Shown here in pieces: positions 61,688-64,000 of a stretch of DNA of 64,000 nucleotides (its first letter is position 1; each line of letters opens with the position of its first letter). The stretch is from Hydrolagus affinis (Eukaryota), in assembly GCA_012026655.1 (NCBI GenBank), contig JAAILG010001627.1:1-64000 (forward strand), written 5' to 3'. The notes beneath the pieces were generated by a model, which did no database searches, was not told the origin of the DNA, and saw only the letters and a program-made list of their open reading frames with translations. The position numbers and the translations under genes were made by a program.

Positions 61688-62015
61688 GGAGTTCCTGTAG
61701 CTCTGTGGTTAGAGCACTCGCCTTACAAGCGTGAGACCTGTGTTCAAATCCAGGCAGATCAGGGCGAAACCTTGGGCAAGTTTCCTTACTCCACATGCCT
61801 AATAATAATCTGTCCCCCCAAAAAACACATACAATAATAAATATTAGTCATTCCAATCCATGACTGTTTGTGGGACACTGCTGCGTGCAATTGGCTGCTA
61901 TGTTTCGCCAACAAATATACAGTCAATTCACTTTACAATATATTCTGTGAATTGTGTTGAGATGTCGATAAGCTGTGAAAAGCGCTATATCAAATGCAAG
62001 GATTATTATTATTAT
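61688..62015 (+). mobile_element. Full-length tRNA-derived SINE
   Basis: ggagttcctgtagctctgtggttagagcactcgccttacaagcg...gttcaaatcc...aaatgcaaggattattatt. Confidence 0.9.
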
Positions 62016-63901
62016 TCTGAATCAATTTCATTCAAGAACCTCTGACACTTACAATGGACTAAATTAAATTACTTCTTAAAAATCGCATTGGATTTATATC
62101 AAAGACTTGTATTGAATGGACACCTCGCTGCTTCCCTTTGAACTCCCTGCAAAAAATATGCAAACACAATGCTGTGAATTGAGCAGGCTGCAGGCTGCAT
62201 TGATGTTAGACATATTAAAAATAATAATAATCTTTGCATAGCACTTTATCACGTCTTCTACACATATAGAAGCGATTCATAGAATGTACTGCAAAGTGAA
62301 TTGACTGTACGATATTCGTCTATTGTAACATCTTTCAATGAGTTAAATCTTTGATGATTCACATTGTTTGTCCCTGTGGAAATGGTTTGTGTGACAGACT
62401 GTGATATTGTTAGAACTATTGTCAGTGACTTTTGTACAGTGTGAAAAACAATTGCCTGTGCATATCCGTGGGTGGATCTTCTTTCAACAAAGTGTTTACT
62501 GTAGGTATTGAGCAAGATCAGCCTATGGGAAATATTTAAAGTGAAAAATTAACCTGAATGTCATAGCGACAGTACAGACTTCTCAGAGGAATAACAGTTT
62601 CACACTCCCACCACAATGTTTTAGGACGCTTTTCAAGTTCCTCATTAGATATCTGTCATACGAAGGTGCTGCAAAACAGCAGGGAGTTTTTTGTAACGTT
62701 TAAATTACAAAAATATTTCTACAGAGTATTTTAAAGCCTCTATGTTATCCGTTTTCAAGCATGATAAGAGGATCAGTTCAACCAAAAGTCGTGAGAAAAA
62801 AAAAATTCTGTATCAAAACACTTCGTAAATGTTTCGGTAGCTGAAGACCCAGCTTCTTTCTGCAGTTGATGTTTCCTTTGCTCATGGCTTTCTCAGCTTG
62901 GTTTGCAATGGCGTTTACAGACTTGTGTAAATTTAGTGCATGGCTAATCTGGCAGCCACGGTACTGGGTTTTGATAACTATGGCAGTGAATCGAGGCAAA
63001 TGCAATTTGATTCAGCACTCCCAGATAAACAGGGATTTGTATTTAAGGGTGGGGGTGTAGGTAATGATGGTCAGAGGTTATCAATGTTGTTGTTGTGCCT
63101 AGATTTAATGTTGAACCAGGGACCCACCTTTATTCATTTGACTGCCGATCTGCTTAGTCATAGCCACTTCCTCTCATCCATTGCTTCTCACTTGCTCCCA
63201 GATGTCAAGCATAACATTTATTAACTTCTGCAGGCAGCTGTACGCTTCCTCAATCAGGTGATTGATTTCAGTCTTAGTTGAGTCCTGAATTGATGCATAT
63301 TCCATGCAATCTGTCAGCACGCTCGTTGTGACAGTGTCACCTTCTGCTGCAGAATTTCGCACAGAGGCTCTAGCCCTGACAGATCTGGACAGGGAGATCC
63401 TGACAGGTTGAGCTGCCTGGGCCAAATGGTATTTTTGTCTCTTCTGCGTTTTGCAAAGGGTGACTACCTCTTTGTTTTCACCAAGAATAAAGGGCAGTCG
63501 TTCAAATAACTGGCCTGAATGGGCATTTCTTCAACTTTCTATAGGAGGGTAAGGTTAACTTCTGTGAATGTAACACAGCCCTGCCATGAACGTAAACCAT
63601 GTTGCTTGTCGGTGTGTGAAATAAACACTTTGATGTGACTGATCCAAAACTGAATTGGATATAACTGGACCTTTATTATATTTAGGGATTCAGATTTTTG
63701 TTTTTAACCGAAAATGCCTCCTGATAAAACACCCCAATCCTCAAGTAAATGAAATCGGTATTTCTGTAGTAAACTATAGAAAAAAATCGTTGTAATCAGT
63801 TACCTGTCCTGACACCAACTGCATGTATGTTATTCTCGCTCGCTATCTCTCCCTCTCCCCTCCATGTGGACAGGCGCGTCTGAATCCTCTCATTACAAGT
63901 A

Positions 63902-64000
63902 CCGTATATCTCCGCGTATAAGGCGCACTCGCGTATAAGGCGCACCCCCCACTTTTGACCTTTTCTTGGTGAAAAAAAAACGGAAGCATTTTCGATGATA
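63902..64000. mobile_element. Left end of a Tc2-like Tc1/mariner DNA transposon running off the window
   Basis: TA|CCGTATATCTCCGCGTATAAGGCGCAC terminus with a repeated 16-bp cgcgtataaggcgcac unit and intact CpGs. Confidence 0.6.

Overview
Vertebrate genomic DNA, not prokaryotic. The repeat families and short introns suggest a cartilaginous fish, probably a holocephalan such as Callorhinchus; that assignment is inference. Three spliced genes lie on the + strand. (1) The last 16 coding exons of DOCK11 (1906-21201, about 740 aa including the DHR-2 GEF domain) plus a ~2.1 kb 3'UTR. (2) A complete 10-exon class I cytokine receptor, IL13RA1-like (25725-38147, 457 aa, with signal peptide, three FN3-like domains, WSDWS, TM segment and Box1 PPIPDP). 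(3) The promoter and first coding exon of STK26/MST4 (54333-54374). All exon junctions were assembled by hand; they are GT-AG and phase-compatible. The rest is intronic or intergenic DNA with tRNA-derived SINEs, L2 and CR1 LINE fragments, Penelope-type inverted elements, Tc1/mariner MITEs and two 100-N assembly gaps. The strongest lead is a 65/67-nt inverted copy of the IL13RA1 exon-2 end and its 5' splice site, located in intron 3 and nested inside an inverted SINE pair. Together these could loop out exons 2-3 (285 nt, in frame), which encode the whole D1 domain. Other leads: loss of the first conserved receptor cysteine, a gamma-c/CRLF2-like extended cytoplasmic tail, a hammerhead-like motif in a Penelope-type hairpin, and repeated short local inverted duplications. 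No CRISPR arrays, rRNA or true tRNA genes were found. Repeat boundaries are approximate.
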